Virus record (IMG/VR): IMGVR_UViG_3300030329_005371
Location: 1 to 64,000 of that record
Length of the DNA stretch: 64,000 nucleotides
Origin: a virus
Strand: one strand, 5' to 3'
Part shown: positions 18,952-27,646 of the stretch, piece after piece
Position numbering within the stretch: the first letter of the stretch is position 1
Layout of the letters: each line of letters opens with the position of its first letter
Notes under the pieces: generated by a model
Database searches by the model: none
The model's input: only the letters and a program-made list of their open reading frames with translations
Told to the model about the DNA's origin: nothing
Translations under genes and position numbers: made by a program

Positions 18952-19387
18952 AAATTGGCGAAAGTATATAAATGAAGTTGCTATGGGTCATGACATGGCA
19001 AAGTCCATTGAGTATACGGGATTTGTTTTAGACGAAGTTTCGCATCAAAAACTAGCACAGCTAGCGCCCGAAGGTTGGAAAGTTTTTGCGCATCACATGA
19101 CAATGATCCCGCCGACAGAACAAAAACAACGTTTGCCCTCCGATCAGTTTTATGAAGGGTGTTTAACTGTCACCGGAATCGCTCAAAACGACCGCGTTGT
19201 TGCTGTAAGGGTTGACAGCGAGAGCCAAAACCTGTATAATAAGATTGAAGGCCTTCCACATGTTACTATTGCTACAAACCCGGAAGCCGGCGGAAAACCC
19301 GCAATGTCTAATGAATTTTCAGAGCAAGACTTTCAGCCCATTGATCCTATTGAGATTTGTGGAATAGTGGAAGAAGTCTTAAGATGA
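18935..19387 (+). CDS. ENWRK-leader 2H phosphoesterase
   Basis: MKLLLENWRKYINE; two HxT motifs (HMT, HVT). Confidence 0.75.
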   Translation: MKLLLENWRKYINEVAMGHDMAKSIEYTGFVLDEVSHQKLAQLAPEGWKVFAHHMTMIPPTEQKQRLPSDQFYEGCLTVTGIAQNDRVVAVRVDSESQNLYNKIEGLPHVTIATNPEAGGKPAMSNEFSEQDFQPIDPIEICGIVEEVLR

Positions 19388-19596
19388 AGCTCCTACTAGA
19401 AAATTGGCGCCAGTTCTTAACGGAATCAACAATTCAAAATGCCTTGTTGGCTTTTATGTTAAATATGAGAGATCATGAAAAAAAGAGACCCGCGGATGTT
19501 AAAGCATTGAACGATAAAGAATTATTGCGATATATTAAAACTCACAATCATATGATAGACAATAATGAGTTATTTAATTTTATAAGAAGTTTATAA
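19384..19596 (+). CDS. ENWRK-leader small protein
   Basis: MKLLLENWRQFLTE; ATGA-coupled. Confidence 0.75.
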   Translation: MKLLLENWRQFLTESTIQNALLAFMLNMRDHEKKRPADVKALNDKELLRYIKTHNHMIDNNELFNFIRSL

Positions 19597-20183
19597 TGAA
19601 ACTCCTACTTGAAAATTGGCGGAAGTATCTTAAAGAACAAGAAGGGCAATACCAAATCTATTGTGACATGGATGGAGTGCTCGTTGATTTTGTTGCGGGA
19701 ACTGTAGAGCATATCACTAAACAACTACAAGCAGGCGAGGCCGAAGAGTTAAAGGAAAGGATCGGCAGAGATTATGTAACCGAAGAAGACATTCATTACA
19801 GCAATCCAAATAAAAATAAGCACATTCGAGCTTACATGTTTGAAGAACTTGAACATCACGCAGAGTTTTGGGAGAATCTCCCATGGATGCCAGGAGGAAA
19901 GGAATTGTGGAATTTTATTTCTCAATTTAATCCTTATATTCTGACGGCGCCCATGGGATATGGTTCCGAAATAGGAAAACAAGCTTGGATTGATAAAAAT
20001 TTACAACCACCACCTTCGAAGGTTTTTATGTCGCACGATAAGTTTAAATGGGCGGCACCAAATCATATTTTAATTGATGACTTCACAAAAAACACAGTTC
20101 CGTGGGAAAAAGAAGGAGGAATAGCGATTCTTCATACCGATGTTGGGGTTACGATTAAAAAGCTTGAAGAGCTTGGGCTTTAA
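19596..20183 (+). CDS. ENWRK-leader HAD 5'(3')-deoxyribonucleotidase-like protein
   Basis: MKLLLENWRKYLKE; CDMDGVLVDF, ILTAP, GKQAWI, ILIDD. Confidence 0.85.
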   Translation: MKLLLENWRKYLKEQEGQYQIYCDMDGVLVDFVAGTVEHITKQLQAGEAEELKERIGRDYVTEEDIHYSNPNKNKHIRAYMFEELEHHAEFWENLPWMPGGKELWNFISQFNPYILTAPMGYGSEIGKQAWIDKNLQPPPSKVFMSHDKFKWAAPNHILIDDFTKNTVPWEKEGGIAILHTDVGVTIKKLEELGL

Positions 20184-20210
20184 GCCTACTTATAAGTAGG
20201 AGGCTTTATC

Positions 20211-20531
20211 ATGCCAAATGATCAAGGATGGGAAACATACTCTAAGTTAGTGATACAACAGTTAGAAACTCTTAGTGCTGGTATTGAGAGCATGCGAGTA
20301 GAATTACAGCTCGTAAAAGAGCAGATTACAAAAATTAAAGCGAAAGAGGATCGCTTAGAAGAGTTAAAAGCCTGGAAGGATAAAATAGACGAGGTTGCCT
20401 CCCCATCACAAATGAAATATGCGTTAAGGGAATTAGAAAACTTAAGAACATTTAAGACAAAAGCTGTTACAATATTCGCAGTAGTTCAGTTTGCGATGGG
20501 AATTTCTTTAGCTATAATTGGTTTGTTATAA
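20211..20531 (+). CDS. Coiled-coil protein with C-terminal transmembrane helix
   Basis: AGGAGG RBS; heptads then hydrophobic tail. Confidence 0.7.
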   Translation: MPNDQGWETYSKLVIQQLETLSAGIESMRVELQLVKEQITKIKAKEDRLEELKAWKDKIDEVASPSQMKYALRELENLRTFKTKAVTIFAVVQFAMGISLAIIGLL

Positions 20532-20548
20532 ACTGCCTATTTACTTTG

Positions 20549-20839
20549 ATGGCGCAAAAAACTAATCCTACAACTGATCTGGTAAAAAGAATAATGAAGC
20601 AAATCTCCGGTAATTTAACCGAAGAAGATGAGCTGATTCCAGAAGTTGCTATTGATGGCTCGGGAGAAATATGGTGTTGGGATCCAACAAATCGATGTCA
20701 TCGTAAATTATATCGCGGTGTAAAAGCTTTTATTTTATATGAAAATTATGATAATTTTGGAAGAACTTTAATTTATACACACGCCGGCGATATGATATGT
20801 ATCGACCCAGAGGAATTATTACACACAGGATATGATTGA
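20549..20839 (+). CDS. Hypothetical protein
   Basis: ORF downstream of CTATTTAC. Confidence 0.6.
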   Translation: MAQKTNPTTDLVKRIMKQISGNLTEEDELIPEVAIDGSGEIWCWDPTNRCHRKLYRGVKAFILYENYDNFGRTLIYTHAGDMICIDPEELLHTGYD

Positions 20840-21167
20840 TGTTATTTAAATTTGGCAAGTTTTGGCAAACAGCCGCTCTCGTTTTGGGAGCTTGGATTTT
20901 TTATGGTATTTGGGACTTTGAATTTACAGTTATTACACTTTTAGCATGGATTCTCGCACTTAAGCTATATGATTAATAAAATGACGAGAAAAAAGAAAAA
21001 AATAGTTCAACGAATTAACGAAGTAGAAATCATTAATCGACGGACACGCAAATATAGAAAAATTAACCTGAAAGAAAAGGAAATTATTGTCTTTAATGAG
21101 GATCTTAAGGAATTTCAGCTATTACCACCCCTTAGTGCTAGTTATGAGGAAACCAGTGAGCCTTGCA

Positions 21168-21434
21168 ATGGATGAAAAAAACACTTTTGGTGAGCTTATA
21201 GCGAAAACCTTCGATATTGGAGATATTGTTGAGTGGTCGACATGGAATAGAGAGAATAATGATTGGGATTCACATTATGGAATTGTTGTGGAAATAAAAA
21301 ACGAATTCCGCTCCAGTAGATTGGTATCAATTTCTACTGTGAAGCCTGTAAATGACGCGTCAATAGAAATAGATTTCTTTACTGCTAGTTTAAAGCTTGT
21401 TTCTAAGTCAAATTCAACGGATAAAATACAATGA
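21168..21434 (+). CDS. SH3-like protein
   Basis: IGDIVEW...YGIVVEI. Confidence 0.6.
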   Translation: MDEKNTFGELIAKTFDIGDIVEWSTWNRENNDWDSHYGIVVEIKNEFRSSRLVSISTVKPVNDASIEIDFFTASLKLVSKSNSTDKIQ

Positions 21435-21772
21435 TGTCAGTTATTGACCACATTGCCATACTTGTAGACGATTTAGAGGTCGCAGAAGAGTGGTATACCG
21501 GAAAATTAGCCGGAAAAGTGACTTTTCGCGACTCAAAGTATATTAGAATGACTGTTTCGAACACAAATATCGCTTTAATTGATAAAAATCACTATCCATA
21601 CGCACATTTTGGTATTTTAGTCGAAAAAAAGGAAGATTTGCCGTTAGAAATGGGCGAAGTGGTCTATCATCGCGATGGAACGACTGGGGTTTACGTAAAA
21701 GACCCATTTGGAAACTATTTAGAGTATATTTGCTACTGCGATGAAGAAAAAGAGGTATTTTTAAGTGATTGA
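21431..21772 (+). CDS. VOC/glyoxalase-family protein
   Basis: IDHIAILVDDL, HFG, YVKDPFGNYLE. Confidence 0.85.
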   Translation: MMSVIDHIAILVDDLEVAEEWYTGKLAGKVTFRDSKYIRMTVSNTNIALIDKNHYPYAHFGILVEKKEDLPLEMGEVVYHRDGTTGVYVKDPFGNYLEYICYCDEEKEVFLSD

Positions 21773-22781
21773 CGTTTTAAAAGGCTTAATTAGACAATTT
21801 ATGCCGTTTGCGCAAGAAAAAATGGGCTTTGATCGACCTCCTAAGCTATTTTTGCGTGATGATCCGCAAAATGCGGCAAATCCGCTTGGAAAAACCGGTT
21901 TTTATGACCCAGAAGCCGAATCTGTCACTTTATACACTACTGGACGTCACCCAAAGGACATTATGCGCTCTTTGGCGCACGAATTGATGCATCATACGCA
22001 AAAATGTAATGGAGACTTTGACAATGTGACAACTATGGGCGAAGAAGGCTATGCGCAGAGCGATCCGCACATGAGAACGATGGAAATTCAAGCATACCAA
22101 GCATCTATTGTGTTTAGAGATTGGGAAGACAGTACAAAAGGTACTATTTACTACGAACATTTACAAAAAGGAGATAAAAGTTCAATGTCTACAAAAAATT
22201 GGAAAAACGGGGAATTAAAAAGTCTCCTGAGTGAAGCCTGGGGTTTTAAGATGGATCTCAGTAATTTTGGAAAGCTGGAGGAATATTCTGCTTCAGGCGT
22301 TGATCGCGGGCCCGGCGATGATCCAGAGGAAGAGAAAGAAGCCAAGCAAGAAACTGAAGGTGAAGAAACAAGCAAGCGCGAAGAAGAGGGGCTTGATGAA
22401 GCACATGATAAAGATTGGGGCATGGGTAAAGACGAAGATTCTCGTACCCGTCCCGGAGAGAAGGATTATACTGGGCACAAAGGTGATGAGTCTCACACCC
22501 ATCCCGGCGAAGAAGATTATGAAGGTGGCGCTGAGCGTCCTGAAGATCTCGCGCAAGAGTTAATGGACTTAGCGCAACGAATGAGTGATGCTGTAGGCGC
22601 TTCAGATGAAGTTGAAGAACTTGAAGAGGGAGAAGGCGATCGAGGAGATAAAGATCGCGAGCAAGGTAGGGACGCAGGAAGAGAGCACCGTGCTGATTCT
22701 AGCGGCAAAGGCGTAAGCGAAGCACAAGTCCGTCGCATCATTGCCAAGGTTCTTAAAGAAAGACGCAAGAAAGGAAAATAA
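21765..22781 (+). CDS. HExxH zincin-like N-terminal domain plus acidic disordered C-terminal region
   Basis: SLAHELMHH...E; possible nested start at 22185. Confidence 0.7.
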   Translation: MIDVLKGLIRQFMPFAQEKMGFDRPPKLFLRDDPQNAANPLGKTGFYDPEAESVTLYTTGRHPKDIMRSLAHELMHHTQKCNGDFDNVTTMGEEGYAQSDPHMRTMEIQAYQASIVFRDWEDSTKGTIYYEHLQKGDKSSMSTKNWKNGELKSLLSEAWGFKMDLSNFGKLEEYSASGVDRGPGDDPEEEKEAKQETEGEETSKREEEGLDEAHDKDWGMGKDEDSRTRPGEKDYTGHKGDESHTHPGEEDYEGGAERPEDLAQELMDLAQRMSDAVGASDEVEELEEGEGDRGDKDREQGRDAGREHRADSSGKGVSEAQVRRIIAKVLKERRKKGK

Positions 22782-22784
22782 ATC

Positions 22785-24842
22785 ATGGGTGGTGCCGCTG
22801 GGCATATGAATCACCCATTCGATTTAGATTGGGTTAAAAGCGGTTCTGACCTCTTAGATTTTTTCAATCGAGCCAAAGCCTTTGTTGAAGAAGCAAGAGG
22901 AGGGAGCGTCAAGATTGACGGCGTAAACGTGTCTTTTAAGGTGGTAGAGACGCCTAATGGGCATGAGTTTGCTGTCGACCGTGGCTCTATGAAAGAAATT
23001 GACATTAGCGGAATTACCGTTGATAGATTTGCTGAAAGATTTCCGCCTGGACACGGTATGCGCAGATTTGTTGCGCAACTTTTAACCATTCTTAATGCTG
23101 CTCTCGGCGATGTAGAGCCAGAACTTAAAGCTCTGGGTATGTGGGATGATCCATCCATGTTCCTTAACACTGAATATGTTGAAGGTAAAACTAACGTAAC
23201 TCAATACGATGAGAACTTTCTTGCTATTCATGGTTTAAATCAATTCTATCAACGCGTAGCAAAGTCAGGCGCCAGTAAAGGAAATGTTCGGCCCGGCGCG
23301 GAGCGTCCAACAATGGTCAATCCTAAAAACGGCAAAGAAGTCCCTATTAAAGATCCTAGCCGAGAAGTTTCCTATGACCCAGCAGTCATGGCTCGTTTGA
23401 TTGAAAAATTGCGCCCTTACGGAGAAGAATATGGATTTCAGATTTATGGTGATGTTCCGACAGAAACTATGGCAGACGTAGATTATACCGGTGCTTTATC
23501 GGAGCCTTTATCTATTAAAATCTCCGATGATCGAACAATTAAAAAATCTCTAGGCGAGTGGCTCCAAGAAGCACAAAATCCTGGCTATAGAACCTTGAAA
23601 GTCCGCATACAAGACGGTGACTCGGAACGAATGATGAGTTGGCACCCTCTCCACAAAGATCTTTATAAAGCACTTTCTAGCGGAGAACATGCGGTTGTTG
23701 ATATGGTAGACGAACAAGACGCCGCAGATGCCATTTATGGCACCGTATTTATGCACGCCGCACGAATGCTTGGAAATGAAATGTTAAGGGCCTTAACCAG
23801 CCCTATGGGTGATGTAATCAACCACGAAGGAGTTGTGCTCCGAGACGAGGAAACATTCGGTACCACCAAACCTGTTAAAATTACAGGCGAGTTTATTGTC
23901 GGCGGAACGGCATCCGATTTTCAGAAAGCGAGTGGGGCCCCAGTTATTATGAAAGAGCAAGAAGAAGACGAAGATCCCGTTGTTGATATCGAATTTGAAG
24001 ATGAGCCAGTACAAGGCGAAACAGTCGCGATTGTTCCTGGCGCTTTCAAGCCCCCGCATATGGGACATCTAGATATGGTTGAAAGATATACTCAAGACGC
24101 CGATCGAGTTGTCGTTTTGATCTCTGCTCCTACTAAAAGTGGTAGAAAGTTACCAAATGGTCGGGAAATTACAGCAGAAGATTCAGAAAAGATTTGGAAT
24201 CTATTTGTAGGTTCCAATCCAAAAGTAGAAGTTTATAAATCCTCTCATGCTTCCCCGATTAATGCTGCCTATGAGATAATTGGCAAAAGTGGTTTGCGCG
24301 AAAAGGTTGCTGAAAATATGGGCATGGATCCGATCAGCGCGGGAGACACAGTTATTTTAGGCGCCAGCAATAAAGGCGGCGATGCTGCCAGATGGACAGG
24401 TGCTGAAAAATACGTGGGAGAAGATTTGAATCTGGTTCCACCGATGGAGAGCGCTGTTGAGCCTTTAAACCGCCCTAACGGAGAGCCATTTAGCGCCACA
24501 GATATGAGAAATCTTTTAGGAGATATTCTCGCCAACAAAGAAGCATTACAAGATTTCGCTGGTGACAACGTTGATGGTGTTTTACAAATTTTAGGCGTAC
24601 AAGGCCTAGAAGAAATGTCAAGTGCCGGCGGCTCTGGAGGACGCTCCAGTTCAGTCCAGGGCGCCGTGGCGTCAGGGGGCGGACCATGGCAACATAGTAA
24701 TATTAAAAAAGATAACGAAGAAGAAAAAGAGCGCTCTAGACTTGTCACAAGAGGTCCATTATCTCCGAAAAAAGAAAATATTGATTTAAGCACGGTTGAT
24801 GAAGTTATGAGACTAATTATGGAAAGAGGCATTCTACAATGA
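22785..24842 (+). CDS. Ligase-like nucleotidyltransferase fused to HIGH-motif cytidylyl/adenylyltransferase
   Basis: VKIDG (motif I), HEGVVLR, VKITG; then IVPGAFKPPHMGH and FSATDMR. Confidence 0.7.
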   Translation: MGGAAGHMNHPFDLDWVKSGSDLLDFFNRAKAFVEEARGGSVKIDGVNVSFKVVETPNGHEFAVDRGSMKEIDISGITVDRFAERFPPGHGMRRFVAQLLTILNAALGDVEPELKALGMWDDPSMFLNTEYVEGKTNVTQYDENFLAIHGLNQFYQRVAKSGASKGNVRPGAERPTMVNPKNGKEVPIKDPSREVSYDPAVMARLIEKLRPYGEEYGFQIYGDVPTETMADVDYTGALSEPLSIKISDDRTIKKSLGEWLQEAQNPGYRTLKVRIQDGDSERMMSWHPLHKDLYKALSSGEHAVVDMVDEQDAADAIYGTVFMHAARMLGNEMLRALTSPMGDVINHEGVVLRDEETFGTTKPVKITGEFIVGGTASDFQKASGAPVIMKEQEEDEDPVVDIEFEDEPVQGETVAIVPGAFKPPHMGHLDMVERYTQDADRVVVLISAPTKSGRKLPNGREITAEDSEKIWNLFVGSNPKVEVYKSSHASPINAAYEIIGKSGLREKVAENMGMDPISAGDTVILGASNKGGDAARWTGAEKYVGEDLNLVPPMESAVEPLNRPNGEPFSATDMRNLLGDILANKEALQDFAGDNVDGVLQILGVQGLEEMSSAGGSGGRSSSVQGAVASGGGPWQHSNIKKDNEEEKERSRLVTRGPLSPKKENIDLSTVDEVMRLIMERGILQ

Positions 24843-25630
24843 ATAAAGATGAACGAATCTTAAGAGAAAATATACGCCAATTAATTCGGCATGTCAAGCA
24901 AAAAAGAATAGATGAAGAACAACAGATTCGCGAATCGTTGAAAAAACTAATGAGGCTTGAGCTTCAAGCAATGTTAAATGAAGCAGATGTCCCTGATGTC
25001 GATCCTACCCCTAACAAATCTACAGGAATTAATGTTTTAGAGCAGTTGCTGAAAAAAATTGTTCCTGTGTTACAAACTGATTATAAATCTCTCACAACTT
25101 CTGAAGAGCAAAGACGATCTTTTAGAGCACATATTGTTAATGCGTGCATCAACACTCTTACGCCGGCTAAAGTTAACAACCAAGCAGGAGAAGAAGAGGC
25201 AGAGTCTCTAGATGAAGAAATTGATGTTGAAATCGGAGGAGGCGATGACGACAAGTTTATTGATATTCGTACTGATGCCGAAAAGAAAGCCGAAGAAGAA
25301 GAACAAGCGCCAGATGAGCGTGAAGAGTTTGGTTCTGGGGTAGATGGCGATGAAACCGGCCGCAATATGGCTTACGAAAGTTTCAAAAAGATTGAATCAA
25401 GTGTAATCGATTCTTATGAACTGCTTTCTAACCCCGAAGATCAAGAAGTTTTTTATGATTATCTAATTGCTAATCTCAAGCTTTATTTTGATAAGTTTGA
25501 AAGTGAGTTAGCCGACACTGTTGAAGAGCCCACAAACCAAGCTTATGATACGGCGAAAGAAGAAGAACCTGCTGAAGAAGGTGGGGGCCTTGATTTAGGC
25601 GGAGAAGAAGAGTTAGAAATTGAACTATGA
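24839..25630 (+). CDS. Acidic hypothetical protein, possible head component
   Basis: Coiled-coil N-terminus, several LxE sites. Confidence 0.7.
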   Translation: MNKDERILRENIRQLIRHVKQKRIDEEQQIRESLKKLMRLELQAMLNEADVPDVDPTPNKSTGINVLEQLLKKIVPVLQTDYKSLTTSEEQRRSFRAHIVNACINTLTPAKVNNQAGEEEAESLDEEIDVEIGGGDDDKFIDIRTDAEKKAEEEEQAPDEREEFGSGVDGDETGRNMAYESFKKIESSVIDSYELLSNPEDQEVFYDYLIANLKLYFDKFESELADTVEEPTNQAYDTAKEEEPAEEGGGLDLGGEEELEIEL

Positions 25631-27099
25631 AGCTCTTAATGGAAAATTGGCGCAAGTTCGTTGCAGAGACCGAACCAACTAAAAACTGCGGCGATTTATA
25701 CCTTTTTGAAAACGATTCTATCCAGAAAGCTTCTTTTTACGATAGATTCTTGACTCTTAATGAAAACGATGACGATTTTGAGCTTTTTCTTGAACAATGG
25801 GAAAAATCTGTTGATTATCAATTAGGTTTATTATCTGAAGGAATTCGAGATGATCGCGGCCGCACATGGACGTCGAAAGACGAAGCAGAGCCGGGGGAAG
25901 CTTTTAGATGGGGCTCCAATGCTGAATGGAAAGGGCGTAAGCTAACACCTGAAGATATGGGTCTCACTCAGCAAGAGGCTGATTATCTAGAAGATTTCAG
26001 AGAGAAATTTCTTGCTGCTAGAGGAACACCTCAACATCCTTATAAAGATCCTGTCGCAGACGAACTTCTTAAAAAATCAAACCAACATATGGCAATGAGT
26101 AGCCTTATACCGTTTTTTACCCAAGGCTACATGCTATTGCAGCGTGGAGGACAAGCAGTTGGCAAAGTTTTATCAGTGGCTAACAAATTAAAACAAAATA
26201 TGGAAAAAAAAGGCCTCCTAGGAAAAGTTGGTGCGGTGGCTTTAACGGGGCTTGTTGCTAGCGCCACTTTAATAGGTATTAAGGCTATTATGGATTCGGG
26301 CGGCGATGCTGGAGAAGTGGCTCAAAAAGCTTCAGAGCTAGCAGATGCCGCGGCAGTAGTGGAGCCGGATGTCGGACAAGCGCTTGAACAAGCAACACAA
26401 AATCCTGAATCTGCGGCAGAAGTGTTAGGTAAGCTTGAACAAGCTGCAGAACAAACTACTCAGCAATTAAGTCAGGTAGACAATGAGGCTGTTAAACAAG
26501 TTGCGCAAGAAGCTGAAAAATCTTCGCAGCAATATTCCGGAATAGATGATTTTTCGCAGATGTTTGAGGATTCGTTGCGTCAAGATAGAACCGGATCCGA
26601 CGCAGAAATCGCACAACAAGCAGCAGACTCCACGCAGGCTATGCCGGCTGAAGAAGTTCAAGAATGGATCGACTACTGGGGTACCTATAGAGATGGACGT
26701 CCAACATACATGAATACTGTGGAACAGGGCTGGGCTTATAATTCTGGATTGGAAGATTTTACGTCTTTTCAAGATAGTTACGGGATCGGATTACCAGAAA
26801 ATATGGAATCAGGAAATTTGTCAAAACGAGATATGAGATCTTTAGTGCGTGATTTTATACGTACAGATTATCCTGGTATTATGGAATACCAAGAATCCGA
26901 CCCAAGCGCCAGCTGGATGTTCGATGACTATGTAAATCATTATTTAGGTCTAGGAGAAGAAGAAGCATCAAAGTTTCGCAAGATGTTTAACGATGGCGCT
27001 TGGAGGCGACGACCGTACGGAGGAGGAGGGCTGCGAGGGGGTCGTCCAGGTCCAATTGGACGGGGTACCCCTGTAGATTTTACGTTTGGTGAGTATTGA
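25627..27099 (+). CDS. ENWRK-leader protein with central hydrophobic helix
   Basis: MKLLMENWRKFVAE; GAVALTGLVASATLIGI; Ala/Gln-rich helices. Confidence 0.8.
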   Translation: MKLLMENWRKFVAETEPTKNCGDLYLFENDSIQKASFYDRFLTLNENDDDFELFLEQWEKSVDYQLGLLSEGIRDDRGRTWTSKDEAEPGEAFRWGSNAEWKGRKLTPEDMGLTQQEADYLEDFREKFLAARGTPQHPYKDPVADELLKKSNQHMAMSSLIPFFTQGYMLLQRGGQAVGKVLSVANKLKQNMEKKGLLGKVGAVALTGLVASATLIGIKAIMDSGGDAGEVAQKASELADAAAVVEPDVGQALEQATQNPESAAEVLGKLEQAAEQTTQQLSQVDNEAVKQVAQEAEKSSQQYSGIDDFSQMFEDSLRQDRTGSDAEIAQQAADSTQAMPAEEVQEWIDYWGTYRDGRPTYMNTVEQGWAYNSGLEDFTSFQDSYGIGLPENMESGNLSKRDMRSLVRDFIRTDYPGIMEYQESDPSASWMFDDYVNHYLGLGEEEASKFRKMFNDGAWRRRPYGGGGLRGGRPGPIGRGTPVDFTFGEY

Positions 27100-27136
27100 A
27101 AACACCTGTGAAAACACTTTTTTTCATAATTGTCAC

Positions 27137-27165
27137 TTGACAAGCTTTCTAAAATCAGTTACCTT
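27137..27165 (+). promoter_or_regulatory. Sigma70-type promoter
   Basis: TTGACA-17-TACCTT before ATG 27176. Confidence 0.5.
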
Positions 27166-27175
27166 TATATATGTG

Positions 27176-27523
27176 ATGGCAAACAAACAAAAGCTTTCAA
27201 CAACAATCAATAAAAGCATTATAACTAAATTAAGAGATCAAAACAAGTTAAATGATAATTTATTAGTGTTAATTTCTAATCTCACTTTAGAAGACCTTAT
27301 AGCTATCAAGTTAGAACTTTCATGTAATCTTATTAATAACAGGTTATATGGTTTTGATATCTGGAGAAACTCTAATAAGATTGTTCAGGAAGCAATTTTA
27401 AAATTTGCTATCTCAACAACTAAATCAAAAAAAGACGCAGCAAGATTCTTAGATCTTACCTATGTAGAATTTAAGAAGTTGCTCAGAAGATATGATATAG
27501 AATCATACTTCAACGATGTTTGA
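27176..27523 (+). CDS. Protein with C-terminal Fis-like HTH
   Basis: SKKDAARFLDLTYVEFKKLLRRY. Confidence 0.65.
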   Translation: MANKQKLSTTINKSIITKLRDQNKLNDNLLVLISNLTLEDLIAIKLELSCNLINNRLYGFDIWRNSNKIVQEAILKFAISTTKSKKDAARFLDLTYVEFKKLLRRYDIESYFNDV

Positions 27524-27646
27524 AAAACTTAAACCAACCGTTTAAAAACTAAATTAAGTTAATATCCGGATGTCTCAATAAGGATATAAAATAATTGGGA
27601 GACTAGCGTGTGGGGAGCAAGAGAACCACAGACGGTTGGCTTTTAT

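Noticed and set aside
13264-25660. Leader repeats as DGR template/variable repeats
   Set aside because: Repeats are N-terminal and short, differences are not adenine-specific, and no reverse transcriptase is in the window.
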